A stretch of DNA of 64,000 bases from Parcubacteria group bacterium (GCA_016181845.1 JACOYO010000005.1:66845-130844); one strand, 5' to 3'; positions 45,524-57,152 are shown, counted from the stretch's first letter. Made by a program: numbers and translations. Notes: generated by a model from the letters alone, not told the origin.

Positions 45524-45594
45524 TTTCATGCGATATGTCGCATGAAAATTAAAAATAAAAGCCGTCTGCATTGCGCAGACGGCTTACTTTTTAT
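45524..45594. terminator. two tandem hairpins (ttttcatgcgatatgtcgcatgaaaa; aaagccgtctgcattgcgcagacggctt + T-run) between convergent genes
   Basis: Perfect stems read directly. Confidence 0.55.
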
Positions 45595-46694
45595 CTCTCC
45601 ATTCTTTCTGTTTCTTCTTCAAGACCAAATACTTCCAAGAGCAGTGGGAGATACTCCTGATTATGATGTCCTCCTTTCGGTTTTCGCGGCAATTGATTAT
45701 CCCACTTTCCTTCAAGGCGATACGGCTCCGAAGAAAACGCGCCGCCGCACATATTATATAAAGGACACCTAAGGTGCATATAAGAAGTATTTTGACACTT
45801 GCCGCATAACCGATTCCCCAAAAACCAAAGCGCGTGAGACAATTCAATCACTGGTATATGTTCCACTTCGCACAAACGAGAAAGTTTTTTTCTTATGTAT
45901 TCGGCAAGTTTAACAGAATCAACCAAACGCGTATTAAACGAAATAAGTCCCAAAGAAAGAAATACCCGCTGGACATGCAAATCAACAGGAAATGCCTCTT
46001 TGACCAAAAACGATTCCGGAACGCCGAGCTCTTGATAAAATAGCACAAGCAGACTAAAGAGTTTTGGTCCATACCCGGGGAAACGATTTCCACCTTTTTT
46101 TCTCTTTAATTTCAAAAAGGCGTCAACCGATTTTATCTCAACCAATAAACGAATTGGGTCTCCTTCGTATTCTGAAAAAAGAGTCCGTGCGGTGCCGTAC
46201 CAGCTTCTCGCGACTTCCCATGGATGAATAAACCCGATTGCTTTCATGGCGGCGATGACATCCTCTAGGGTTTTTTCAAGAATCTCTTTTGAAAAAAGCC
46301 ACGGGAATTTGTTTTCTAAAAGCACGGCTTGTTTGAATCCTTGATCGCTCACTGAACGATACACAAGGAGCGTTCCTAAAAACAAAAACAGCAGGTGTTC
46401 AAACGAACCTTTAACCACTTCTTTTGGATAATATTTATGCTGTGGCGCGTCATTAATAAAAACAAAACGAAATAAATGCGTCTCTTTTTCAAAAGACTTC
46501 ATAATCGCGAGCATCGCCTCTTTAGTGCGTTTTTTATTATACGAGAAGCGAAGTTTTGGTTCTGGTTCATTTGACTCTTGGCGCGCTCTCCTTATTTTGC
46601 GCTTGCGCAAATTATACGGAAGCAATTTATCTTCTGCTTCAAAAAAATCCGGCGCTCCAAAAGAAAAGGAGCTCTGCTTTTTGTGCTTACTCAT
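45591..46694 (-). CDS. HhH-GPD superfamily DNA glycosylase, endonuclease III-like with C-terminal 4-Cys cluster; long N-terminal extension
   Basis: FPGYGPKLFSLLVLFY helix-hairpin-helix, VDLHVQRV (compare VDTHVFRV of Nth), C-terminal CGKCQNTSYMHLRCPLYNMCGG. Confidence 0.55.
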   Translation of the reverse strand: MSKHKKQSSFSFGAPDFFEAEDKLLPYNLRKRKIRRARQESNEPEPKLRFSYNKKRTKEAMLAIMKSFEKETHLFRFVFINDAPQHKYYPKEVVKGSFEHLLFLFLGTLLVYRSVSDQGFKQAVLLENKFPWLFSKEILEKTLEDVIAAMKAIGFIHPWEVARSWYGTARTLFSEYEGDPIRLLVEIKSVDAFLKLKRKKGGNRFPGYGPKLFSLLVLFYQELGVPESFLVKEAFPVDLHVQRVFLSLGLISFNTRLVDSVKLAEYIRKKLSRLCEVEHIPVIELSHALWFLGNRLCGKCQNTSYMHLRCPLYNMCGGAFSSEPYRLEGKWDNQLPRKPKGGHHNQEYLPLLLEVFGLEEETERMER

Positions 46695-46769
46695 AAGGGC
46701 TCCCTCTTAAAGTGGGTCTTCAAAAAACAATCTATGCTCACTATAAAGAAACAGCTCAAAAAAGCAACA

Positions 46770-46808
46770 AAAAATCGCCTCTTTTTGGGCGAGGCGATTT
46801 TTTGTTGC
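46770..46808. terminator. bidirectional terminator aatcgcctc-tttttggg-cgaggcgatt flanked by A/T runs
   Basis: 10-bp stem; lies between the conserved ~120-nt element (in the groEL 3' region) and the glycosylase start. Confidence 0.5.
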
Positions 46809-46852
46809 AAGTCTTCAGTTTTGAGATTTGACTATGGAATGACGAAACTCTC

Positions 46853-46975
46853 TGAAATCATAGTTTTTGAGAGACATTGCGGACCCCGACGATACTGTCG
46901 GGGGAGCATAGCAAATTTTGCTCGCAAGCAAAATTATGCGCGTCTATCAAAAACTCATGATGAAGAAGAGTTTCG
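46853..46975. repeat. ~120-nt conserved structured element, copy B (copy A at 28226-28345), just downstream of the groEL stop
   Basis: See copy A; the variable internal hairpin here is aattttgctcgcaagcaaaatt, versus tccgccctgggcgga in copy A. Confidence 0.55.
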
Positions 46976-46998
46976 TAATTCAAGAGTTTTAAGATTTT

Positions 46999-48675
<1,677 letters not shown>

Positions 48676-48760
48676 TTAAAAACGTAAATCGAAAAACGCA
48701 AAAGAAACGATGCTAAATTTTAATTTCATTTTTCGTTTTTCGTTTTGCATTTTACGCTAT
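48676..48760. repeat. ~85-bp intergenic hairpin repeat, diverged copy between groES and groEL
   Basis: aacgtaaatcgaaaaacgcaaaag...tttttcgttttgcattttacg. Confidence 0.6.
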
Positions 48761-49062
48761 TTAATGATCGCCAATAATGAATCCTCGCGGATAATATAGT
48801 ATTCTTCCCCGTCAATTTTTACTTCATCCGGACCATATTTTGAAAAAACGACCATGTCTCCTTTTTTTACCTGAAGCGGAATAAAAACGCCGTCATCATT
48901 TCGCTTGCCTTCTCCCACGGCAATCACTTTCCCATGCTCCGGTTTTTCTTTGTCAACGGTATCGGGAATAATGATTCCCGATTGTGTTTTTGTTTTTTCA
49001 GGAGTCGTTGGCTTCACCAGCACGCGGTCTCCCAAAGGAATAATACTATGTGTTGTGCTCAT
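48757..49062 (-). CDS. groS: co-chaperonin GroES
   Basis: MSTTHSIIPLGDRVLVKP...GKVIAVGEG...; start at Met20 of the track ORF. Confidence 0.9.
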   Translation of the reverse strand: MSTTHSIIPLGDRVLVKPTTPEKTKTQSGIIIPDTVDKEKPEHGKVIAVGEGKRNDDGVFIPLQVKKGDMVVFSKYGPDEVKIDGEEYYIIREDSLLAIIK

Positions 49063-49230
49063 GATATTTTTCTTGAAAATATATAAGGCGCGCGTCCTGA
49101 AACATAATTTGTGTTTCATCCGGCATGCCTACTTTAATAATGGCAAAATTATACTTTGTTGTAGAAAAAAAGCAAGTCCAAACGAATCGTTGACTTCCAT
49201 TCAAATTCTGCTATATTGATTGATAAGGTT

Positions 49231-49452
49231 ATGGCTACAATACTCCCGTGGGTGCAAATTATATTGTCGGGGATTCTTATTACCCTGATTTTGATACAAC
49301 AATCAAGCGCGGGCGCCGGTGGCGCTTTTGGCGGAGGCGACGGTAGCGGCATACAATACACGCGGCGAGGAGCAGAAAAAGTGATTTTCAACGCGACAGT
49401 TATTACGGCGATATGCTTCGGTCTTGCGGCTTTTGCCGCCCTCTTTTTCTAA
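49231..49452 (+). CDS. secG: preprotein translocase subunit SecG-like
   Basis: 73 aa, two TM helices flanking a Gly-rich loop QQSSAGAGGAFGGGDGSG. Confidence 0.65.
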   Translation: MATILPWVQIILSGILITLILIQQSSAGAGGAFGGGDGSGIQYTRRGAEKVIFNATVITAICFGLAAFAALFF

Positions 49453-49561
49453 CACAGTTATTGTACGCGGCGGGTGCGGATGCCGCGCGCGCCGCGGTCT
49501 TCCTATCACGGCGAGCTAGGGCATTCTCTTGAGACACTCCGCACTTTCTTTAATTTTTCAA

Positions 49562-51337
49562 ATGGAATCAACGCAAGAAACTGACAGAAAATTATTTTCA
49601 ATTTTGATTTCGCGGCTAAAAGAAATTATTGCCTCGTTTTCAATCAAAGAAAAACAGATTTTCAAAATACTCGTTCTTACCGCCGTGTTAAGCGGATCGT
49701 CTTTTTTGTGGGTATTGCAACGCTCTTTTCTTGAGACGATACCAGCGCGCGGCGGCTCTTTTTCTGAAGGAATCATCGGTACGCCTCGTTTCATCAATCC
49801 GCTCCTCGCGGTATCAGACGCCGACCGCGATATGACAACCCTCGTATATTCCGGATTGATGCGTCTTGCACCCGATGACACTCTTATACCAGACCTCGCT
49901 CAAACATATACGATTTCACCAGACGGACGGACCTACACGTTCACGCTTCGGGAAAACTTGTTCTTTCATGACCGTTCCCCCGTTACAAGCGAGGATGTGG
50001 CGTTTACCATATTGAAAGCCCAAGAAAGTGCAGTCAAAAGTCCACGTCGCGCAAACTGGGACGGAGTATCGGTAAAAACAGACGGTCCCGATACTGTTAT
50101 CTTCGTCTTAAAGCAACCATATGCGCCTTTTTTGGAAAACACCACGCTCGGCATACTGCCCAAGCACTTGTGGGAAACGGTAACTGCTGAACAATTCAGC
50201 TTAAATCAATTAAACATTGCCGCGGTCGGATCCGGTCCTTATAAAATAGACAAAATAACAAAAAATACCGAGGGAATCCCTAGGCAAGCAATTTTATCTT
50301 CGTTTTCAAAATTTGTTTTGGGCGCGCCATACATACAAACCATACGCCTCACTTTCTATTCAAATAAACAAGATCTGCTCGCGGCATATCAGACCAGGTC
50401 CATTGATGCCATGAGCACGGTGCCACCATCGCTTGCGGAAACACTCTCAAAGCGCGGCGAGCGGATTGAGACAGCGCCGCTCCCCAGAGTGTTTGGTGTT
50501 TTCTTCAACCAAAACGAACAACCGCTGTTTGCCGACGCGGCGATACGGCGCGCGTTAAACATCATGACCGACCGCTCTATCATCATCAACGAAGTACTCC
50601 GTGGCTATGGCACTCCTCTGTTTGGTCCGCTTCCGAAAGGCGCTCTTGGATACCAAGAAGAAATAAGTGAAATAGACATTGCCGACCAAGATTCCCGAAA
50701 GAAAGAGGCGCTTGCCATTCTCACAAAAGACGGCTGGAAACCAAACGCTAAAGACGGCATTCTTGAGAAAAAAAGCAAAAAAGAAACCTTGCGGCTTGCC
50801 TTTTCTGTCGCCACATCAGACATAGCCGAACTCAAAGAAGCGGCGGAGCTCCTCAAGACGCAGTGGGAAGACATAGGAGCGGAGGTCACTTTGCAGATAT
50901 TTGAATTGGGCGACCTGAACCAAAACATAATCCGGCCGCGAAAGTATGACGCGCTCTTTTTCGGAGAAATTATCGGGCGCGATGCCGACCCGTTTGCTTT
51001 TTGGCATTCTTCACAGCGGCTTGATCCGGGATTAAACATCGCGCTGTATGCAAACATAACGACAGACAAACTTCTTGAAGCGGCTCGCACCACTTCCGAC
51101 AAACAAGACCGCGTAAAAAAATATCAGCTCTTTCAAAAAGAAGTCGCGGAGGACGTTCCGGCGGTATTCACCTATACGCCAAAATTTATTTACGCATTCC
51201 CAAATGCCGTGAAAGGATTTTTAATGGGTTCCATTACCGTTCCTGCCGACCGCTTTGCATCCGTATATACCTGGTACATTGAAACAAGCCGTGTGTGGAA
51301 AATTTTTAATACATTTAATAAAAATAACAATAATTAA
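49562..51337 (+). CDS. ABC transporter substrate-binding protein, family 5 (OppA/DppA-like)
   Basis: N-terminal anchor, SBP_bac_5-like blocks (TLVYSGLMRL..., FHD..P.T..DV); start uncertain (49529 or 49562). Confidence 0.7.
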   Translation: MESTQETDRKLFSILISRLKEIIASFSIKEKQIFKILVLTAVLSGSSFLWVLQRSFLETIPARGGSFSEGIIGTPRFINPLLAVSDADRDMTTLVYSGLMRLAPDDTLIPDLAQTYTISPDGRTYTFTLRENLFFHDRSPVTSEDVAFTILKAQESAVKSPRRANWDGVSVKTDGPDTVIFVLKQPYAPFLENTTLGILPKHLWETVTAEQFSLNQLNIAAVGSGPYKIDKITKNTEGIPRQAILSSFSKFVLGAPYIQTIRLTFYSNKQDLLAAYQTRSIDAMSTVPPSLAETLSKRGERIETAPLPRVFGVFFNQNEQPLFADAAIRRALNIMTDRSIIINEVLRGYGTPLFGPLPKGALGYQEEISEIDIADQDSRKKEALAILTKDGWKPNAKDGILEKKSKKETLRLAFSVATSDIAELKEAAELLKTQWEDIGAEVTLQIFELGDLNQNIIRPRKYDALFFGEIIGRDADPFAFWHSSQRLDPGLNIALYANITTDKLLEAARTTSDKQDRVKKYQLFQKEVAEDVPAVFTYTPKFIYAFPNAVKGFLMGSITVPADRFASVYTWYIETSRVWKIFNTFNKNNNN

Positions 51338-51345
51338 TAAAGAGT

Positions 51346-51415
51346 AAAATGCAAAACGAAAAACTAAAAACAAAATTCAGCGTTACTTCTTTTGTGTTTT
51401 TCGTTTTACGTTTTT
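51346..51415. repeat. ~85-bp intergenic hairpin repeat, copy in inverted orientation between the SBP gene and rnj
   Basis: aaaatgcaaaacgaaaaactaaaaacaaaattcagcg... is the reverse complement of the loop region of copies 42926, 43552 and 44033. Confidence 0.65.
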
Positions 51416-51426
51416 AATTTATCATC

Positions 51427-53382
51427 ATGATACAACAAAACAAAGGGGCTTCTTATGCAAGAAGCGGAGATGGACATGGGCACGCGCCGCGACACCGCCG
51501 CCCATTTTCTCATCACTCACATCAACCAAACAAAAGTGACGCGGCAAAAAGCACGCCGCAAGCGCCAGCGTCTCAACACCCAAAACCGCGGCAAGGACAC
51601 GGCGGCAAGAGAGCGCCAGGCGGACGCGGTGGTCCGCGCAGAGAACAAAGAGAACGTCCGAGAACCTCTCGCCCTCATCTATCACAAAAAAATTGGGCTC
51701 CCGTTCCATCGCTTGAGAAAGACACTATGCGTATTATTCCGTTGGGCGGAGTGGAGGAAATCGGCAAAAACATCACCGCTTTTGAATACGGCAATGATAT
51801 TTTTGTCGTTGATATGGGCTTTCAATTCAGCGAAGACGATACTCCGGGGATTGATTATATTCTGCCCAACACAAAATACCTTGAGGAAAGAAAAGATAGG
51901 GTCCGCGCGGTGTTTATCACACATGGCCACCTGGACCATATCGGCGGTATCCCCTATCTTATGGAAAAAATCGGCAATCCGCCGATGTACGCAAGAAATT
52001 TTACAGCGCTGATGATAAAAAAGCGCCAGGAAGAATTTCCACACCTGCCGCCGCTTGACCTGCGTATCGTTGAAAGCGGAAATCGTCTAAAAATAGGCGG
52101 GCTCTTCGTCGGCTTCTTCGCTGTGACGCACGCCATCCCCGATTCAATGGGTATTATTTTTGAAACTCCGCATGGCGACGTGGTACACACAGGTGATATT
52201 CGTTTAGACCACATTGAAGGGCATGTATCGGAGATTGAAGAAGAAATATACGATTCGTTCAAAGATAGAAACGTGCTTGCTCTTCTTGCCGACTCAACAA
52301 ACGCCGAAAATCCGGGATTTTCTATTTCAGAAAAGGTGGTATACCAAAACATAGAAGACATCATCAAAAACACCAAGGGTCGCCTCATTTTATCAACATT
52401 CGCCTCGCAAGTTGAGCGCATGCTCAAGATGATTGAGATATCTGAAAAATACGGCAAAAAAATCGTCATTGAGGGACGGAGCATGAAAACTAATATTGAA
52501 GTAACGCGGGCCGCGGGACTTTTGAAAGTTGGCAAAGAATCTCTCATCACCGTTGAAGAAATGAGTCAATATCCTGAAAACAAACAAGTAGCGCTGGTTA
52601 CCGGCGCGCAAGGTGAAGAATTCGCGGCGCTTATGCGGATTGCGAATAAAACACATAAACATATCAAAATCTCTCCGCGAGATACTATCCTCATGTCTTC
52701 ATCAATCGTTCCAGGAAATGAACGAAACGTGCAAAAATTGAAAGACAACCTCTCGCGGCAAGGCGCTCATATTATTCATTATAAAAATTCCGATGTGCAT
52801 TCTTCCGGTCATGCCAACGGCGAAGAGCTCGCCTGGATTCATGCCAAAATACACCCGAAATTTTTTATTCCGATTCACGGATACCATTATATGCTCCGCG
52901 TGCATGCCGATATCGCAAAACGCATCGTCCATGAAGCGAATATCGTCATACCGGACAACGGCATGGTTATTGAAATTGCCAAAGGAGAAAAAATAGCGTC
53001 GCGCAAAGAAACAGCTCCATCAAATCCGATTTTGGTTGACGGTTTTTCTATAGGAGACGCGCAGGAAGTGGTATTGCGCGACCGCCAAATGCTTTCTCAA
53101 GACGGCATGTTTGTCGTAATTGCCTCTATAGATATTAGAACTGGAAAATTACGGAAATCGCCCGACATCATTTCCAGAGGGTTTGTCTATTTGCGAGAAT
53201 CACAAGAACTTCTCAAAGACGCGCGAAATGTGGTGAAAAGAACCATTGAAAAAACAACCGCGGGCATGAATCCTATCAATTTTGAGCATGTGAAAACTAC
53301 CCTCACCGATGACGTGTCCCGTTTCCTCTTCCAAAAAACAAACAAGCGCCCGATTGTCATACCGGTGCTTTTGGGAATATAA
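51427..53382 (+). CDS. rnj: ribonuclease J (beta-CASP MBL RNase), possibly with ~100-aa basic His/Pro/Arg-rich N-terminal extension
   Basis: MRIIPLGGVEEIGKNITAFEY...VFITHGHLDHIGGIPYL canonical RNase J; alternative start at 51730 (MRIIPLGG). Confidence 0.85.
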   Translation: MIQQNKGASYARSGDGHGHAPRHRRPFSHHSHQPNKSDAAKSTPQAPASQHPKPRQGHGGKRAPGGRGGPRREQRERPRTSRPHLSQKNWAPVPSLEKDTMRIIPLGGVEEIGKNITAFEYGNDIFVVDMGFQFSEDDTPGIDYILPNTKYLEERKDRVRAVFITHGHLDHIGGIPYLMEKIGNPPMYARNFTALMIKKRQEEFPHLPPLDLRIVESGNRLKIGGLFVGFFAVTHAIPDSMGIIFETPHGDVVHTGDIRLDHIEGHVSEIEEEIYDSFKDRNVLALLADSTNAENPGFSISEKVVYQNIEDIIKNTKGRLILSTFASQVERMLKMIEISEKYGKKIVIEGRSMKTNIEVTRAAGLLKVGKESLITVEEMSQYPENKQVALVTGAQGEEFAALMRIANKTHKHIKISPRDTILMSSSIVPGNERNVQKLKDNLSRQGAHIIHYKNSDVHSSGHANGEELAWIHAKIHPKFFIPIHGYHYMLRVHADIAKRIVHEANIVIPDNGMVIEIAKGEKIASRKETAPSNPILVDGFSIGDAQEVVLRDRQMLSQDGMFVVIASIDIRTGKLRKSPDIISRGFVYLRESQELLKDARNVVKRTIEKTTAGMNPINFEHVKTTLTDDVSRFLFQKTNKRPIVIPVLLGI

Positions 53383-53440
53383 CCCTGCATATAACCGCGC
53401 GCCGTTTCCACTTCTCTGTATTTCACGTACAATAGACGAT

Positions 53441-54631
53441 ATGCAACAAGCGATCCCTGCGACAGAACCAAGAAAACAAACCGGCGCGCCGCTTCGTGCA
53501 GTGTATCTCTCCAGTTTTTTACTTGCGTTTCATGCCGCGCTGTCGGCATATATTGAGTCTTCTTTTCTTGGAACATTTCTAGGCGATGCTGTGGTCGGCA
53601 CCGTTTTCACGTTGGGTGCTCTGGTCTCTATCGCGGGGCTTATGTGGATACCCTCGCTACTTAAAAAATACGGCAATTACCGTATTATTTTTTCGCTTAT
53701 TTTAATTGAAATAATCGCACTCGCCGGGCTCGCAATCATCAAGCATGCCCCATGGCTTCTCGTGCCGATTTTCACTATTCACCTTGCCACTTTCCCTTTG
53801 ACGCTTTTCAGCATGGATATTTTTCTGGAAAGCGGCTCGCAAAATGAAACGACTGGGAAAACGCGCGGTACGTATTTAACAATGCAAAACGCTGCGTGGC
53901 TCGCTCCCCCGCTTATGGCAGGGCTCATACTGACAAACGGAGACTATTGGAAAATTTTTGCAAGTGCGGGCGTTGTGCTATTTCCTGTTTTGATAATTGT
54001 GTGGCAAAAATTTAATGATTTCCACGACCCGCGCTATTCACCTATACCGCTTCTTGGCACATGGAAAGAAATCTGGCGGCGAAAAGATATTTACCGTATT
54101 TTTATGTCAAATCTGCTTCTTTCATTTTTCTTCTCGTGGATGGTCATTTATACGCCGCTCTATCTCCATAAGTATATGCACTTGGCGTGGAGCGATATCG
54201 GAATAATATTTACCATTATGTTGCTGCCTTTTGTGTTGTTTAGTATGCCGTCAGGCAAACTTTCCGATACGCGATACGGCGAAAAAGAGATGCTATCGCT
54301 CGGATTTGTTATCATGGCATTTTCCACTGGAATACTTACCTTTGTGACCAGCGCCAGTGTTGTATTATGGGCAAGCTTGCTTTTTATTACCAGAATAGGC
54401 GCAACGCTTGTCCAAACAATGAACGAAAGTTATTTTTTTAAACAAGTGAATGAGATGGATGCGGAAATCATCAGCGTGTTTCGTTATACCAATTCTTTGG
54501 GCGCTTTGTTCGGCCCGCTTGCGGCAAGCGCGCTTCTTTCTTTTGTTGATTTTCGTTTTATGTTTCTTGTGCTGGGAGTCATCATGCTGTATGGACTTCG
54601 CTACAGCATCACTATCAAAGATACGAAATAA
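53441..54631 (+). CDS. MFS transporter
   Basis: 12 predicted TM helices; start at MQQAIPA (53441). Confidence 0.75.
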   Translation: MQQAIPATEPRKQTGAPLRAVYLSSFLLAFHAALSAYIESSFLGTFLGDAVVGTVFTLGALVSIAGLMWIPSLLKKYGNYRIIFSLILIEIIALAGLAIIKHAPWLLVPIFTIHLATFPLTLFSMDIFLESGSQNETTGKTRGTYLTMQNAAWLAPPLMAGLILTNGDYWKIFASAGVVLFPVLIIVWQKFNDFHDPRYSPIPLLGTWKEIWRRKDIYRIFMSNLLLSFFFSWMVIYTPLYLHKYMHLAWSDIGIIFTIMLLPFVLFSMPSGKLSDTRYGEKEMLSLGFVIMAFSTGILTFVTSASVVLWASLLFITRIGATLVQTMNESYFFKQVNEMDAEIISVFRYTNSLGALFGPLAASALLSFVDFRFMFLVLGVIMLYGLRYSITIKDTK

Positions 54632-54666
54632 AGGTTCCTCTTGGCAAGCCACATTGTATAAATGAT

Positions 54667-54701
54667 AACCCCACTTGGTGGCTAAGCCACCAAGTGGGGT
54701 T
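54667..54701. terminator. bidirectional terminator aaccccacttggtggct-aa-gccaccaagtggggtt
   Basis: Perfect 16-bp stem between convergent genes. Confidence 0.6.
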
Positions 54702-54705
54702 AATT

Positions 54706-55440
54706 CTAGTTTTCTTTTTGTTTTTTTTGTTTTTTGAGAAAAAATTTTACAAATGCTTCAAGGTTTTTAAAAATATGCTCTTTGGGCACACCTTTGCTAA
54801 TGAGCGCGTCTTCCGACATTCCTCCGGAGCGTACCCCGATAAACAACACTCCTGCCGCGCGTGCCGCGAGCAGGTCGGGCGTCCAATCTCCTACAAACAA
54901 CGCCTGCTCTTTTTTGAAACCGGTTTTTTTAAGAATATACTCCAGAGCATACGGGTGCGGTTTCCCCACTCCCGCGGAAAAATTGTCGGGCGTGCTTATA
55001 ACATCAAACAACTCACTGCAAAACGCCACTGATTCAAAACGCGCATCAAGCAAATGCCGGCTGTTTGCCGTGCATAACGCAAGACGTATCTCTTTTTTCT
55101 TTAGCTTTTTTAGAGCACTTGCACTTCCCGGAATGCGCGGGTACGGATGTTCTTTTTCCGCCACCTCAAGCGCTCTAATGTATTTCTTTATGTGTTGTTC
55201 TGAAATCGCTGGCCACATCTTCCGTATATTGCCACGTAAAGTGTGCTCACCTTCAATCTCTCCAGCCCAAATGCCGTCTATCACTTCCCGTACCGGCGCA
55301 AGTGATAACTCGCATTCACATGCCGCGCGTTCAAGATTGCGCCGAAAAAGCTCTCCAAGTACCGTTATCACTCCATCCCAGTCGCAGATAATTAATTTGA
55401 TATGTTTCCAATCAACCCTTTGTTTTTGGTTCTTTTTCAC
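54706..55440 (-). CDS. HAD-IA family hydrolase (phosphatase/beta-phosphoglucomutase-like); GTG start
   Basis: IICDWDGVIT motif I; ...TANS...; GDWTPDLLAARAAG motif IV; AGGAGA SD before GTG 55440. Confidence 0.7.
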   Translation of the reverse strand: MKKNQKQRVDWKHIKLIICDWDGVITVLGELFRRNLERAACECELSLAPVREVIDGIWAGEIEGEHTLRGNIRKMWPAISEQHIKKYIRALEVAEKEHPYPRIPGSASALKKLKKKEIRLALCTANSRHLLDARFESVAFCSELFDVISTPDNFSAGVGKPHPYALEYILKKTGFKKEQALFVGDWTPDLLAARAAGVLFIGVRSGGMSEDALISKGVPKEHIFKNLEAFVKFFLKKQKKQKEN

Positions 55441-55532
55441 CGCGTATCTCCTTGAAAAATTTTCAGAGGAACAATAACACTACTGGTGAACATAACATGC
55501 AAAACACACAAAAGCAAAGCGACGCCGACAAA

Positions 55533-55620
55533 GTTTACGAAGGTTCAGTTTACGAAGGTTCCTCCTTCGTTGTGGATAACTTTCAATTTACGAAGGTTCC
55601 TCCTTCGTTGTGGATAACTT
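55533..55620. repeat. tandem direct repeat, 2.5 x ~38 bp (tttacgaaggttcctccttcgttgtggataactt), each with hairpin acgaagg-ttcct-ccttcgt
   Basis: Read directly; lies between the stop of the 55619-56866 gene and the HAD promoter region. Confidence 0.6.
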
Positions 55621-56866
55621 ACAATGGAGAAATGAGCGCGTCTCGTGTATATTTATTTGCCGGATCCCAAAGCATCCAGCTCGTAAGCCCCGCGTCATAG
55701 ACCGCCTGCATTTGCGCGCGGACTTTTGCCGCGTCGTACACTCCGCCATAATCAAAATCTTGGAGCCACGGGCGCAATTTATTCGGTGTAGAGCTTGCGG
55801 CGATAAGCCGTGTTGCCGCGCTATCCATGGAATACTTCACCACCTCATACGCGTTGACATTTGGATTTGCAAACCCGTGAAATCCCGGAGGATAATGCGA
55901 CGGATATACCATCGGCGCGAGATAGTCAAACGACGGCTCGGCATATTCAAGAATTTGCCCGATGTTCAAATCGTCGGTATTGGTGGTGGTCATCCCGAAT
56001 AAATCCGCGGACAACTTCGCGCCTTTCCCGCGGATATCGGAAAGCGATTCTCTCAAAAAATGGAAAAAGGCGCGAAGAATCAATGCTTTCCCAAAAGATG
56101 TGTCGGCATTTACACGCGCTTCACTAAACGGATAATAAATATCGCGCATGTTTCCATCTGAAGGAAAGCGGATGTAATCAAAATTGAGTTCATCAAATCC
56201 AAGCTCGTATGACGCTCTGGCAAGCGCCGAAATATACGCCCATCCTTCTTCCGCCCCCGGGTCAATATAAGAAAGCCCTTTGTAATCTTTCCAGAGAACA
56301 TCCGTATCGCTTTCTTTTTTAACCGCTAAATCAGGGCGGACTTTTGCTAAAAATGGGTCTTGAAATACGGTGATTCTTCCGATGACATAAATATTTTTTT
56401 TGTGTAGCTCTCCGATAAATTCGCGGACATCGGGGAAACGATTTTCTAACGCGCCGTATTTTGACACCGCGGTATCAGCCACAGGAAACGCAATGTGCCC
56501 GCTATAATCTTTGATATCTATAACCACCGCGTTTAATTCCGTATCGTTGATAAGCGCCGTGATATGGTCGCGCATGCTTCTGGTACCGGCGACCCAGCTC
56601 GTCATATATATCGCGCGAAGCGGTTCCGGCGTAGAAACATGGGTAACCACAAAGACCGGCACTTCTTTTTCTTTGTGTATATTAAGCGCAACCGCGACTC
56701 CTGATGATGCTTGTTGCTCGTATATAAGCGTGTGGAAAGGAGGAAAGCCAAAAGATACAAAAACAGACGCGGCGATAAAAGCCATGGTCGTAAACCCTAT
56801 CGGGCGGCGGAAAAAACCAAGCGCGCGCGATACGGAAAAACGCTTGTGTTTATTTTCCTGTGTCAT
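55619..56866 (-). CDS. putative glycoside-hydrolase-like (TIM-barrel GHL family) secreted/membrane-anchored protein
   Basis: N-terminal TM anchor; blocks NFDYIRFPSDG and APMVYPSHY resemble GH-like DUF families; family assignment tentative. Confidence 0.45.
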   Translation of the reverse strand: MTQENKHKRFSVSRALGFFRRPIGFTTMAFIAASVFVSFGFPPFHTLIYEQQASSGVAVALNIHKEKEVPVFVVTHVSTPEPLRAIYMTSWVAGTRSMRDHITALINDTELNAVVIDIKDYSGHIAFPVADTAVSKYGALENRFPDVREFIGELHKKNIYVIGRITVFQDPFLAKVRPDLAVKKESDTDVLWKDYKGLSYIDPGAEEGWAYISALARASYELGFDELNFDYIRFPSDGNMRDIYYPFSEARVNADTSFGKALILRAFFHFLRESLSDIRGKGAKLSADLFGMTTTNTDDLNIGQILEYAEPSFDYLAPMVYPSHYPPGFHGFANPNVNAYEVVKYSMDSAATRLIAASSTPNKLRPWLQDFDYGGVYDAAKVRAQMQAVYDAGLTSWMLWDPANKYTRDALISPL

Positions 56867-56877
56867 GAAAAAACGCG

Positions 56878-57129
56878 TTACACTTTTGGCGGAAACGACG
56901 AGGAGTCATCAAAAGACATGTTTTCATTTTCCACGTATGAATCCGGGCGGCTCACCATACTTTTTCCTTTCCAACGCAAAGCAGAAATTTCATTCCCAAA
57001 AAACACCAAGCCGGCAATGCTCAACCCGCCAATGGCAATAAACCAATCCCGCGCCACTCCAGGAAATCCCAAAAAGGGCAGTAACGCGACAAGTATGGCG
57101 ATAACAATGATGCTCCATTTATATTGCAT
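56878..57129 (-). CDS. small membrane protein (83 aa, 2 TM)
   Basis: Hydrophobic ORF adjacent to rsmI. Confidence 0.4.
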   Translation of the reverse strand: MQYKWSIIVIAILVALLPFLGFPGVARDWFIAIGGLSIAGLVFFGNEISALRWKGKSMVSRPDSYVENENMSFDDSSSFPPKV

Positions 57130-57152
57130 AGAAAGAAGTATATCAAAAAAAT

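Noticed and set aside
51427-51729. Treating the basic N-terminal extension of RNase J as certainly translated
   Set aside because: It may be real, since it is an open frame and there is a recurring theme of basic tails. However, the canonical RNase J N-terminus MRIIPLGG at 51730 is an equally good start, so it is left as uncertain rather than asserted.
55533-55620. CRISPR array
   Set aside because: There are only 2.5 contiguous repeat units with no spacers and no cas genes. No other regularly spaced repeat array exists in the window.
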